Made by a program: the position numbers and the translations under genes
The notes under the pieces: model-generated
Told to the model about the DNA's origin: nothing
The model's input: only the letters and a program-made list of their open reading frames with translations
The model's database searches: none
NCBI RefSeq assembly: GCF_004010195.1
Contig: NC_057751.1
Coordinates: 2,882,379-2,946,378 of the forward strand
Source of the DNA: Chiloscyllium plagiosum
Lineage: Eukaryota
Length of the DNA: 64,000 nt
Direction of reading: 5' to 3'
Shown here: positions 38,001 through 49,317 of the stretch, piece by piece
How the letters are laid out: every line of letters begins with the position of its first letter
How positions within the stretch are numbered: position 1 is the first letter of the stretch

Positions 38001-39409
38001 ATACATTGATCTGATTCTCTATTGAAGCCTTTTACAATACCAGGATATCTCCGTCCATCCGTCAACAACAACTTGCCATCTGTTGAAGGTGTTGAGTATA
38101 GTTACACATCTTATGAGGCTTTCTGAGAGTTATCCAAAAGAATTTGACAGTGAACCGCAGGGACATCAGGAGAAGTACCCGAAACTTGGTGAAAAGTGTA
38201 GGTTAAAAGGAGAACCTTAAAGAGCAGAGAGAGCTAGGGATGCTGAGAGGTTCATGGAAGGAAGTGAATTTCGAGCAGAAATGAAAGTGAGGGTCAGGGA
38301 CAGTATCTAGTTGAAAAATTGAAGGAATCTGAGGATATATCCTTGGGCAACATGAGGAGTAATGTTGCAGGAACATAAAGGGAATCCTTTGCAAGAGATT
38401 CTCTGGGTACACTTAGATCCAAGTGGAACCAGCTGAGTGCGAGAACCAATAAAGAGCTTTTTGATCTGCAGTGTTACAGGGAATGCTGTTGTGAAATGGT
38501 GTACAGCAAGATCCCATCAACAGCATTGAGCTCAGGAGCAGGTCATCTGCATTTTATTGATGTTTATTAGGGTGCAGTACAACACAACTGAGCAAGAGCA
38601 AGGCAAATAGAAATAGCAACAGGTTCTCTTTTTGTGTTGTCTTGGCCTGTGAAAATGCTGCATCTGAATTCCCTTTGTTAACTGACCCCAAGGTAGCTGG
38701 TCAAGTACAAAATTTAACATGAATCCTTGCCTTGATTGGAACTTCATTGACAGAAGGCAGCATGAGATATACTTCCTTCCTTCCTGCCTGCAAGCCCCCA
38801 TCACCCAGCAATCTCTCTTTCTCTTCTTGTGAAAACAAGAATCAAATGAATGACCATCCTTTTGGAAAGGAATACCGTAGCTTCTCTTCAACAGAAACAC
38901 GTTTTAATGATGAAACATAATGGTTAGTAAATTTGCAGATGACATGGAAATTGGTGGTGTGGTGGACAGTGAAGAAAGTTAAGTCAGAATATAGAGTACC
39001 TCAGAGGATCTTGGGTCAGATGGGCCAATGGGCTGAGGAGTGGCAGATGGAGTTTAATTTAGATAAATGCGAGGTGCTGTATTTTGATAAAGCAAATCAG
39101 GGCAGGACTTATATACTTAATGGTAATGTCCTGGGGAGTGTTGCTGAACAAAGAGACCTCGGAGTGCAGGTTCATAGCTCCTTGAAAGTGGAGTCGCAGG
39201 TAGATAGGATAGTGAAGGCAGCGTTTGGTATGTTTTCCTTTATCGGTCAGAGTATTGAGTACAGGAGTTGGGAGATCATGTTGCGGCTGTACAGGACATT
39301 GGTTAGGCTACTGTTGGAATATTGCATGCAATTCTGGTCTCCTTCCTATTGGAAAGATGTTGTGAAACTTGAAAGGGTTCAGAAAAGATTTACAAGGATA
39401 TCACCAGGG

Positions 39410-39540
39410 TTGATGATTTGGAGATGTCGGTGTTGGACTGGGGTGCACAAAGTTAAAAATCACACAACACCAGGTTATAGTCCAACAGGTTTAATTGGAA
39501 GCACACTAGCTTTCGGAGCGACGCTCCTTCATCAGGTGAT
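39410..39540 (-). mobile_element. Family A pLTR inserted in CR1
   Basis: Splits the CR1 sequence ccagggttg|gagggtttgag; matches 8902-8990. Confidence 0.9.
39504..39538 (-). ncRNA. Minimal hammerhead (family A), second intact copy
   Basis: CAC CUGAUGA A GGAGC-GUC-GCUCC GAAA GC UA|GUG; differs from the 8952 copy only at N7 and loop II. Confidence 0.8.
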
Positions 39541-40424
39541 TGGAGGGTTTGAGCTCGAGGGAGAGGCTGAACAGGCTGGAGCTGTTTTCCCTGGAGCGTT
39601 GGAGGCTGGGGGGGGGTGACCTTATAGAGGTTTATAAAATCATGCAGGCACGGACAGGGTAAATAGACAAAGTCTTTTCCCTGGGGTCAGGGAGTCCAGA
39701 ACTAGAGGGCAGAGGTTCAGGGTGAGAGGGGAAAGATTTAAAAGAAACCTAAGGGGCAATGTTTTCACACAGAGGGTGGTGTGTGTATGGAATGAGCTGT
39801 CAGAGGAAGTGGTGGAAGCTGGTACAATTACAACATTTGAAAGGTATCTGGAAGGGTATATGAATAGGAAGGGTTTGGAGGGATATGGGCTAAGTGCTGG
39901 TAAATGGGACTAGGTTGGGTTGGGCTATCTGGTCAGCATGGATGGGTTGGACCAAAGGGTCTGTTTCTGTGCTGTACATCTCTATGACTCTGTGAGTGGC
40001 CTGAATTGGAGCTTATTGATTGGAAGTGTGATTCTGGGATTGATAATGAACTCCAATTCCTCTGGTACCCACTTGCTGTAGAAGGCTTCGAGCTTACCCA
40101 TTCCCCGTGGAGACCACATGCTCCTTTTTCAAGGGCATCCAGGCTACAGAGAATCAGAGAGATGAGGTGGACAATCAAATTGTAAGCAGCCAGGAGCAGA
40201 CGTACATGAAGGTTCATTGATGTTCCCCTGTACTCTGACTTTCAGTATGAGGCTATAGGGTAAAGTGAGGGACAATCGCTTTGAAATAACTGCTGGTATT
40301 CCATCACCAAGTCAGCAGATCTTCTAGTGACCAACCAGCTTGGAGTCAGCTCTCGACTGAGGAAGTTCTGATCCCCTGTTCAGATTGGTCAGTCTGCGCT
40401 TTCCTGCTTGGCTCGGGTTAATAA

Positions 40425-40509
40425 GAAAAGGGCTTATGCCCGAAACGTCGATTCTCCTGTTCCCTGGATGCTGCCTGACCTGCTGCGCTGTTCCAGCAAC
40501 ACATTTTCA
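40425..40509 (+). mobile_element. Family B pLTR piece with 14-bp TSD, inside a reversed LTR fragment (about 40282-40570)
   Basis: gctcgggttaataa at 40411-24 and 40510-23. Confidence 0.88.
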
Positions 40510-40717
40510 GCTCGGGTTAATAAACCCAATCATTGGCCCCATAATCAACCAGGTCCAGCTGGTCCCAAGCACTGCTCTCCTCACACTGGGGCTCCCACCT
40601 CACATGACAACACAGAATGGTGGAACATGTACTCCTCAAGGCTACCAATGATTTTGTCCTGTCATTAATGCAGGTTAATTCACTGGGTACGCTTGGTCAT
40701 CACTGGGTATGCTTTGT

Positions 40718-41021
40718 GGGTGGCACGGTGGCACAGTGGTTAGCACTGCTGCCTCACAGCACCAGAGACCCGGGTTCAATTCCCGACTCAGGTGACTGAC
40801 TGTGTGGAGTTTGCACATTCTTCCCGTGTCTGCGTGGGTTTCCTCCGGGTGCTCCGTTTCCTCCCACACTCCAAAGATGTGCAGGTCAGGTGAATTGGCC
40901 ATGCTAAATTACCCGTAGTGTTCGGTGAAGGGGTAAATGTATGGGTGGGTTGCACTTCGGTGGGGTCAGTATGGACTTGTTGGGCGGAAAGGCCTGTTTC
41001 CACACTGTAAGTAATCTAATC
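40718..41021 (+). mobile_element. HE1-type tRNA-derived V-SINE, full length
   Basis: A box TGGCACAGTGG, B box GGTTCAATTCC, V-domain gtgggtttcctccgggtgctcc, CR1-like 3' tail, and a taatc terminal repeat. Confidence 0.9.
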
Positions 41022-41640
41022 ACCAATGCATCCTGGCCCTCCCGTGCACTGATCTGACTGGATATTTGCCGGAGCAGGGAACACTGAGGTGGGGGTGCAG
41101 GGAAGGTGCTGAGAGGATGGGAATGGTGCGGGAGGAGAGGCCTCAGCTGTGATGGTGGTCAGCTGAGATTACTGGGCTCACTGATAAAGGATGGGCCATT
41201 CACCACAGCAGATCCTCGGATTCCTGACAACCCATCCCAGGAAAGATGAGAACCTCTTTGTGGGAGGGAGAGAAGAGACAATGAGCACGGTACACTGCAC
41301 GTAGGTCATGTTAGCCCTGGCAAACACTCGCTGGCCTGACTGTGAGACTGAGGATAGCTTCCTTTGGATCGTTCCAGGACGTTCACATCTTCCCCTGTGA
41401 CTGGGTGATGGCTCTTGCTGTCTGCTCTGGGTCCCTCTTTGTTCGCAAATATATTTTCTTCAGCAGCTGCCAGAGTTCAGGGTTCAACACATTCAGTTGA
41501 ATAAAAGCAAGAGTGTGTCGGACATTTCTCAGCAATGGAATGATTGGGAGACTCTTTCTTTTTCTCCCTGTGATTTAATCATGTCAGGAAATGAACAGCA
41601 GCCATCTCAACAACATGGAACACTGAGGCACTGAAGAGTA

Positions 41641-41660
41641 GCACTGCCCTCTGCTGGCAG
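41641..41660 (-). promoter_or_regulatory. Candidate CTCF binding site
   Basis: Minus strand CTGCCAGCAGAGGGCAGTGC matches the CTCF core CC(A/G)(C/G)(C/T)AG(A/G)(G/T)GGC(A/G). Confidence 0.55.
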
Positions 41661-41924
41661 GGAATGGATTCCATTCCTGGCACTGAGCAACATCAAGTCC
41701 CGATCACACAACCACCTCCTTCTCTGAGGCTGGACTTATCATTGTCTGAGGACAGAGAGGAAGTCTGTTCCAAGGCCCCACTTTGACACCCACCTCCATC
41801 ACCATGAAGACTGCTGACTGTCCCCAGAAAAATGGTTGGGGACGTTTCTTGGTCTTAGAGAGTGCAGCCCTCTCGCTTCTTATATCAAGTACTCTCCTCG
41901 AAACTTGAGAGCAAAGCTCCAAGC

Positions 41925-42330
41925 TGACACTCCCTCAGTGCAGTACTGAGGGAGAAGGGAAATGCCTTTCAGGTGAGATGTTCATACCAAAGCCCTGACT
42001 TCTTGATTCTGCTGATGTGGGAGATGTCATGGACCTTGATTTGGAACAGCAGTAAAGTTCTCCCCAGTACCCCTCAATCAATGTAACAAAAACAGATTAC
42101 AATCCAATCATTACCACCTTGCAGTACCTGGTACATCACTGTGCATAACATGGCTGTAGCATTTCTGACGTTACTGAAGTGTGGACACTTGAAGAAAGTG
42201 GTTCATTGGTACTTTGCAATGTCTAGTAGCAAGTGAGGACGCAGATGCTGGAGTGTCAGTGTCGAAAAGTGTGGCGCTGGAAAAATGCAGCAGGTCAGGA
42301 GGAGGAGAGTCAATGTTTCGGGCAAAAGAT
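41925..42330 (+). mobile_element. Deu-domain SINE followed by a minus-strand family B pLTR fragment (42230-42330)
   Basis: ctgacactcc..gtgcagtactgagggag head and Deu-like body; aagtgaggacgcagatgctggag..tttcgggcaaaag. Confidence 0.6.
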
Positions 42331-45300
42331 AATTATTAAAAGTGCTTATCTTCCTTTGTTTTTCTCTGTTCCTCATTCACCTAAGAGTTGAAGCACTTTC
42401 AAACAGCTCCCCTGCTTTCTGAAGTGAATGGCACCCTTCAAACCCTCCTTAGCAGCCATCTATTCAACCTTGTCCTGAATGATTGTGTTTGGACACATGT
42501 TACTCCCAAGCTGCAAGGGCTGGAGAGGTTGGCTGTGAGGAAAGAGAGACTCCTGTTGGCTTGTTGTGCGTGGAAATGCCTGCACAGTATCTGTCTGCAA
42601 ACAGCAGGGGTTTGTGTTGCTAGGCTGGGGCACAAAACACATGCGGATGGAGCCAGCACTGACTTCAATTGGCAGCATGAATGAGCCCCAATAACATCTG
42701 CCTCACCAGTGTCTTTTTCATTGTTGTGTCGAGACAGTGCAGTGTTTCAGTCAGCTTTTAACAGAATTGTAAGCGCTTTATCATTCCACGGTTCCTCTGG
42801 GATTCCTTTAAGCTATTGCTGAGGAGCTGTGCAACCTGCACGTGAATCAAAGATCTCCAACAGCAACTTTTATTTAGTTATTGTCCAAACCAGACCTCCC
42901 AGTATGGAGGCAGCTGAGTCCCTACATTGTACATTTTTTAAAAGGGAACTGGAAGGTACTGTGTTCCAGACGTGATTCGACTGGACCACCAATCACACAA
43001 TCAAAACACACGTCATTCTTACAATACAGTTAAAATACAACAAAAAGAAGAAGGAGCATAATTTAACTCGATTGAAGTACCACACAAGATAACATACTGT
43101 TTAACCACCAATCTTCAACTCTTCCAATACAGGCAGTACCTCATAAACACACCTTAGCAAAGGCCATTCAGTGACATGGCTAGGCTATTATTCTCATGTG
43201 CTGTCTCTCTCCAGTCCAGTGAAAAGAAAATCAAAAGGAACAATCTGCCCCTTTGATTTATTTTAGGAGGAAGCAGCTCTGTCTAAAACTTCAGTATCGC
43301 AGCAGAGAACTCATCTTTCAGGTCCAGCAATCAGCAAAACCAAACCAAAACCCTTTTGGGATTGTGTGGGCCCGACCTCATCCACTCATGAGTCTTCTGT
43401 CTCACTTCAAAAAAAAAACACTCAGGGAGAACTCGAAGCTGTTTCCCAACTGTCAGCCTGACGGAGACATCCTGGTGCCACTGTGACCACAGGCCTCAGC
43501 AAGGGGAACGGGACAGAAAACCATCTCTGAACAACACTGTCTCATCACCCATTGGTATAACCCCGTGAATGTAACACGGTGACGCTGGAGCCACTGCATA
43601 GAGCTACTGGGTCAGCCAATGAAACATCACACAGCAGTTCAGGATCATCTGAAAAAGCAGATGAGCATTTTGAACACAGGACCATAAACCTACTCCTTCA
43701 CTTTGACCAGCTGAAAGACTGAGCAGGATTCTCTGGGATCCTGCTGTGCCGGGCAGAGGCAGGCAGGTGCCCCTGGCCACCTCTTCCACCTCAGCTTCCT
43801 CTCCTGAGAAAGGGATCAGTTCTCTGGGCAGTCAGTTTGAATTCCATTTGACGTCAACAGTGTGGGTTCAAATCCCTCACCGGCTACGGTTACCATGAAG
43901 TACTCTCCTTTTCAACCTCTCTGCCCTCACTTGAGGCATGGTGACCCTGGGATGAAACCAGCCGTCTCGGGCTCTACCTCTCTCACTGTGGAGACTTCAG
44001 CTTTCCTTCTACTTCCCCGAGTGCAGGCAGGAGGAGCAGCACAGCCTGCATCTATTTGGAGGGCACCTCCCTCCGGGGCAGCGGGTTCATTAAAACCGTG
44101 TTTCCTGAAAATGCCCCAAGGAGCCAAAGCTCAGCAGCTGCTGATGTCAGTCTGCTGCCTGGATGTAAGAACCACGCCTGGGGTGAGTCATGGAAGTGGA
44201 AGGAAATTCAAACATTCAGTAAGAACATTTGGTCAAGTGGAAAGTGCCCCATGTCACAGGTCAAGAGGGGAACCTGAATGGACAGCATTGCCATTTCAGG
44301 GGGTCCTCACTTGTCTGGCATCGTGTGAGCATCAGAACGGTGAGCACACAGGTTCGATTCCAGCTGAGCTCCAGAAAGGAAGAAGGTGGAAGTGGTTTCC
44401 ACACCCTCAGAATCAGGTCCACTGAAGGACAGAGGAGAGAACCAAGAGACCTGAATGAGAGGGAGAGACCACCACAAACACAGGATCTGCACATGGAGGT
44501 AAAGGGACCTCACGGTGAAGGGGGCTGGTGGTCACTGAGATACTTGTTCCTCAGTCAGTATGGAGGCTCTGCTGAATCCCAACTCAGATGGAGTGATAGT
44601 CCTGAGGGAAGATGATCAAGACTGAGCCCTCGAGTTGCGAAGCATGAGCAGTGATCTCATTCAAACGTACAAAGTTATTTCATAAATCAGTGGGCTGGAT
44701 AGTGGAAGGATACTTGTGCATGCTCTGGCAAGGGAGTCACAGGCTCAGAGTAAGCAGCAAGCAATTCAGGACTAAACATCTTCCCTCAGGGGGTAGGGAA
44801 TGTCTAGTATTCTCTGGCCCAGATGGCTGTGAATGCTCAGCCGTTGAGTTTATTGGAGATAGAGATAGAGAGGGAGAGATGGATTCCTAGATCTGAAAGA
44901 CTGAGGGAAAAAGGGATAGTGTGGGAAAGCAGCATTGAAGACCTCATTGAATGGTGGGGCAGGTCTGAAGGGCTGAATGGCCTGCTCCAACCTCTTCTGT
45001 TCTGTGGCACACCAGTGCATTAGCCAGCGGGCAGCTGCCCTCTCTACTGCTGCTAAACAACACATCAGCATCCCTAACTGATGGGCCAGGGTAGACCCGA
45101 GAGTGCACAGGTACCGCAGCCTGCAGGGGTAGGCTGGTGCTGCTCTGAAACACCCTCAGGAAGACCGATTGACAGTCCCTTATCCCATCTCACATTCCTG
45201 TTGTGCAGAGGTGAGATTTACAAAACCTCCTGCCCTGAGGACAAGCAGCAGCCTCAGTGACAGCTGCCATCTGTTCACGAGCCCTGTCTCCGGTTAACAG

Positions 45301-45365
45301 CCCCGATCAGGGGACTCGTTCCAATCACTACAGGCAGCATGTCTGCAGGTCTCACATTCCTAAGG

Positions 45366-45988
45366 TCATAGAGTCATAGAGATGTACAGAACGGAAACAG
45401 ACCCTTCGGTCCAACCCATCCATGCCGACCAGACATCCCAAACCAATTTCGTCCCACCTGCCAGCACCCAGCCCATATCCCTCCAAACCCTTCCTATTCA
45501 TATACACATCCAAATGCCTCTTAAATGTTGCAATTGTACCAGCCTCCACCACTTCCTCTGGCAGCTCATTCCATACACGTACCACCCTCTATGTGAAAAA
45601 GTTGCCCCTTAGGTCTCTTTTATATCTTTCCCCNNNNNNNNNNNNNNNNNNNNNNNNNNNNNNNNNNNNNNNNNNNNNNNNNNNNNNNNNNATAGTCCAA
45701 CAGTGGCCTAACCAATGTCCTGTACAGCCGCAACATGACCTCCCAACTCCTGTACTCAATACTCTGACCAATAAAGGAAAGCATACCAAACGCTGCCTTC
45801 ACTATCCTATCTACCTGCGACTCCACTTTCAAGGAGCTATGAACCTGCACTCTCTTTGTTCAGCAACACTCCCTCGCACCTTACCATTAAGTGTATAAGT
45901 CCCCTGCTAAGATTTGCTTTCCCAAAATGCAGCACCTCACATTTATCTGAATTCAACTCCATCTGCCGCTTCTCAGCCCATTGGCCAG
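45366..45988 (-). mobile_element. CR1 3' fragment spanning a gap
   Basis: QVHSSLKVESQVDRIVKAAFGML and VRVWNELPEEVVEA; tail ctatgactctatgac. Confidence 0.93.
45634..45690. other. Assembly gap (57 N)
   Basis: Run of N. Confidence 1.
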
Positions 45989-46224
45989 TCATTATCAGCA
46001 AACGCTATATTGCTCACATGGCTAAGGCAGTGCTCATCCATCAGAAATGACTTTGAATGTCATCATCCATGTGAGAGGGGATTCCCAAGGTCTGAGAATG
46101 CTTCACATAGTCCACTGGGCTCTCAGTCAGCATGCTGCCAAACATCTTTTCAGATCAGACAGTAATGCAGAGCTGACACACGTTTATAAGTGTGACGGTC
46201 CAGTTTGAACGTGGCCTCGCACTG

Positions 46225-46520
46225 TTGGAGATCTTTCAAATGAGTCTTTAAACTGAGGTCCCACTGCCAGTCCAGGTGGATGGAAGGGATCAACAGCACA
46301 ATTTCAGAGAGGCCTGGGGAGTTCTCCCCGGTCCCCTGTCCTTCAGTCAACATCACAAAAGCCGTGTGTCTGATCATTGTCACCTTGCTGTTTGTACGAG
46401 CTTGCTGTGTGTGAATTAGACTGTTGTGTTTCCTCCAACCCAGTAACAAACAGCCCTCACCACAGGACTGCATTGCCTAGAAAGCACTTTGAGATGTTCC
46501 TGTGATCACAGCGAATGCTC
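46225..46520 (+). mobile_element. Deu-domain SINE
   Basis: ggggagttctccccgg..tcaacatcacaaaa..gatcattgtcaccttgctgtttgt..agcttgctgtgtg. Confidence 0.6.
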
Positions 46521-47270
46521 CACAAATTCACATCTTTATTCAATTTCAGCAGCCCAGACATTTGGAAGTGACAGAAACTGCGATTTGACAGATCAAATCC
46601 TAGAATTCCCTCGATCCCTGGGAACAGGATTCAAACACAGGCCGTGCAGATGGAAGGAGAGAGATCAAGTCCCCTTCTGAAATAGAATGAGGAGGACAGC
46701 ACTGGTAACCACTGGGGTTTGATTGAAAGAGAGAGAGAGAGAAAGTCTTGCTTTGCTTCAGTACCACTCAGTGCTTCCCAGAGTTCTGTACAATTACTGG
46801 AACAGGCAAACTGATGGTAACCACACTGCAAAACAGACACTGCTGGAGAAGCTCAGTATGTCAGGTGTCATCTGTAGGAAGACATCAGAGTTATCTCAGC
46901 AGACCTGCTGAGTTTCTCTGGCAACTTCTGCCGTCATTTCAGACCTCCAGCGTCCTCATTCCTTTGTTGTAGTTTATTCTCTGTCGGATCCTGTTGTGTG
47001 CAATTTGGTTCCTGCATTTTCTGCATTTGATAAAAATGCTTAATTAGTGAAGCATTTGTGGAGCTGCTGGGCTTGTGAAAGCAGTGAAATTTTTCGTCTC
47101 TCTCTTGGTTGATGCCATGTGTGGCTGAAGCCTGATTGAAGGAGACACGGGGTGAGTAGAGCCTGTGGTTTACAAATCAACAAGAGGACAGGAGAGAAAA
47201 GGACAATCAGCTCAGGTTTCATGTAAAACACGATATCAGTAGTGAACAAACAGCTGCCCTGACCCGATAC

Positions 47271-47462
47271 AGAGCTGAAAAATGTGTTGCTGGAAAAGCG
47301 CAGCAGGTCAGGCAGCATCCGAGGAGCAGGAGAATCAATGTTAGGGCTTATGCCCGAAACGTCGATTCTCCTGCTCCTTGGATGCTGCCTGAGCTGCTGC
47401 GCTTTTCCAGCAACACATTTTTCAGCTCTGACCTCCAGCATCTGCAGTCTTCACTTTCTCCA
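47271..47462. mobile_element. Family B fold-back pLTR with degenerate TSD
   Basis: Inverted arms plus a 32-nt tail; flanks gacccgatacagagc and gacctgataccgagc. Confidence 0.88.
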
Positions 47463-47869
47463 GACCTGATACCGAGCCTATGTACCTGGTTCCTCCGGTA
47501 TGAAGTGGAAATTCCACAATGTCGGAGTATGTCTCAGAAAAAGGAGACTCAATCTTCCCATCCTTCGGTAAAGTGTTGTTTACATGGAGCTGTATAGAGG
47601 ATTTTTCTCCATGAGGCCGATCAGCTTTTTCAAACTGTTGTCCCAAAGTCATCGTGTTAATGACCTATCCCTGCCTGGTGGTGCCCCTCTCGTCTGATGT
47701 TCCCATGACTCTTCGACTCATTACTGCCAGGGTACTATGGAACAGGCTGCATCCTGGCACCGGTGCTGTATTTCAGACACTTACAGGCGCCCAGTTCAGC
47801 ACTGTCATACAGGAACTGCCGGGCACTGTGAAAGCAGTATTCCAGGGTGTGGCAGGTAAGACGAAATTT

Positions 47870-48400
47870 ATGCTCAATTGCAGTCAGGCACCGGGAAGAC
47901 CAAGTGGTCAGGGCAGATGGCCTTTACACATGGGGTCACCAGGGTAGGCCATGCCAACAGAGCGGAGGTTACCACCCAGTCAGTCCGGTGCATATAGTCC
48001 AGAGAAACGCCCAGCAATACTAGAAGAAGGTCAGTGACCTTCTCAGCTCTGGGGGGTCACCATCTTCTCCCTGTTAACTCACACTCACTCCCCTCTGCCA
48101 GTGCACCAACGTCACACGGAGGTTCATGTTTCACCACTCTCACCATTACATGGCAGCAGCATCCCTCACTCACTTCTCCTGAACTGTTCACACTCGGTAT
48201 GGGCTCTGCACCACATCCTTACTCCCTCAGGAGACCTCCCCACCCTTAGCCCAGCTGCAGCAGTGTCACTCACTTCCATCTCTGTCATTCCTGCCCCCTT
48301 TCCATTCAGGGCACAACAAATCCCAAAGAGGAAGGAGAGAGAGTGGGGGGTGTCAGTCATTTGACTCCACACCCTCTGTGTAGAGAGGATTTGGCCCATG
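47870..48400 (+). mobile_element. Probable PIF/Harbinger relic (Myb/SANT-like ORF remnant)
   Basis: 47999-48049 translates QRNAQQY*KKVSDLLSS, matching the R-x3-Q-C-x-K-K-x2-D-L motif of Harbinger Myb/SANT-like proteins. Confidence 0.5.
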
Positions 48401-48577
48401 CAGGTGAAGACTAGAACAATTATCGCTCCTGTTAGAATGCTAAAACATCTCAGGTCCTAGCAACCAAGTAAGACACATGATCCACTGCAGTGTTCGTGTC
48501 CCTTTAGCTGCCACTGTGCCTTGAATCTGAACGTGTGACACCTGTATATGTGGGTTGTGGCAGATTCTTAAAGTTGC

Positions 48578-49077
48578 NNNNNNNNNNNNNNNNNNNNNNN
48601 NNNNNNNNNNNNNNNNNNNNNNNNNNNNNNNNNNNNNNNNNNNNNNNNNNNNNNNNNNNNNNNNNNNNNNNNNNNNNNNNNNNNNNNNNNNNNNNNNNNN
48701 NNNNNNNNNNNNNNNNNNNNNNNNNNNNNNNNNNNNNNNNNNNNNNNNNNNNNNNNNNNNNNNNNNNNNNNNNNNNNNNNNNNNNNNNNNNNNNNNNNNN
48801 NNNNNNNNNNNNNNNNNNNNNNNNNNNNNNNNNNNNNNNNNNNNNNNNNNNNNNNNNNNNNNNNNNNNNNNNNNNNNNNNNNNNNNNNNNNNNNNNNNNN
48901 NNNNNNNNNNNNNNNNNNNNNNNNNNNNNNNNNNNNNNNNNNNNNNNNNNNNNNNNNNNNNNNNNNNNNNNNNNNNNNNNNNNNNNNNNNNNNNNNNNNN
49001 NNNNNNNNNNNNNNNNNNNNNNNNNNNNNNNNNNNNNNNNNNNNNNNNNNNNNNNNNNNNNNNNNNNNNNNNNNNNN
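48578..49077. other. Assembly gap (500 N)
   Basis: Run of N. Confidence 1.
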
Positions 49078-49317
49078 AAATGGGGATTGTCTGTTGGGTT
49101 TTCGGAGAGGTTAAGTTACTCAGTATTCTGTTTTCTGTGGTTTGTGTTTCATTCGGTACTCTTGTAAATAAATTCTGTTTTGTTTAAAACTAAGTGGTTT
49201 GACCAGCTACATCCCTCCTGGAATATCTCTGTCACACCTACTTAAACCAACCAGCCAAGGCAGGGTCTGGGCTACTTTCTTGAAATGTTTTGAGGGGAGC
49301 TGGCCTGATCCATAACT
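49078..49317 (+). mobile_element. Probable LTR 3' part emerging from the gap
   Basis: T-rich run, AATAAA near 49167 and a U5-like end (ccataac); TGTGACA just left of the gap at 48534 may be the start. Confidence 0.4.

Larger units (their letters stand above)
38922..39993 (+). mobile_element. CR1 3' fragment interrupted by a Penelope pLTR
   Basis: WQMEFNLDKCEVL..LYRTLVRLLLEYCMQFWSP; CR1 sequence resumes at 39541; FTQRVVCVWNEL. Confidence 0.93.

Noticed and set aside
38933..39619. 228-aa ORF as a novel gene
   Set aside because: Chimera of CR1 RT and an antisense Penelope pLTR that happens to stay open.
40718..40790. tRNA gene
   Set aside because: Has A and B boxes but continues into the V-SINE body; no acceptor stem or Pol III terminator.
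41930..41956. ctccctcagt/actgagggag hairpin as a novel structure
   Set aside because: Lies in the head of a Deu-domain SINE and is best explained as part of that repeat.
43862..44615. Overlapping 187-aa and 128-aa ORFs
   Set aside because: Start in SINE-like sequence; no domain or convincing splice structure.
48535..49187. 210-aa ORFs
   Set aside because: Artefacts of the N run.
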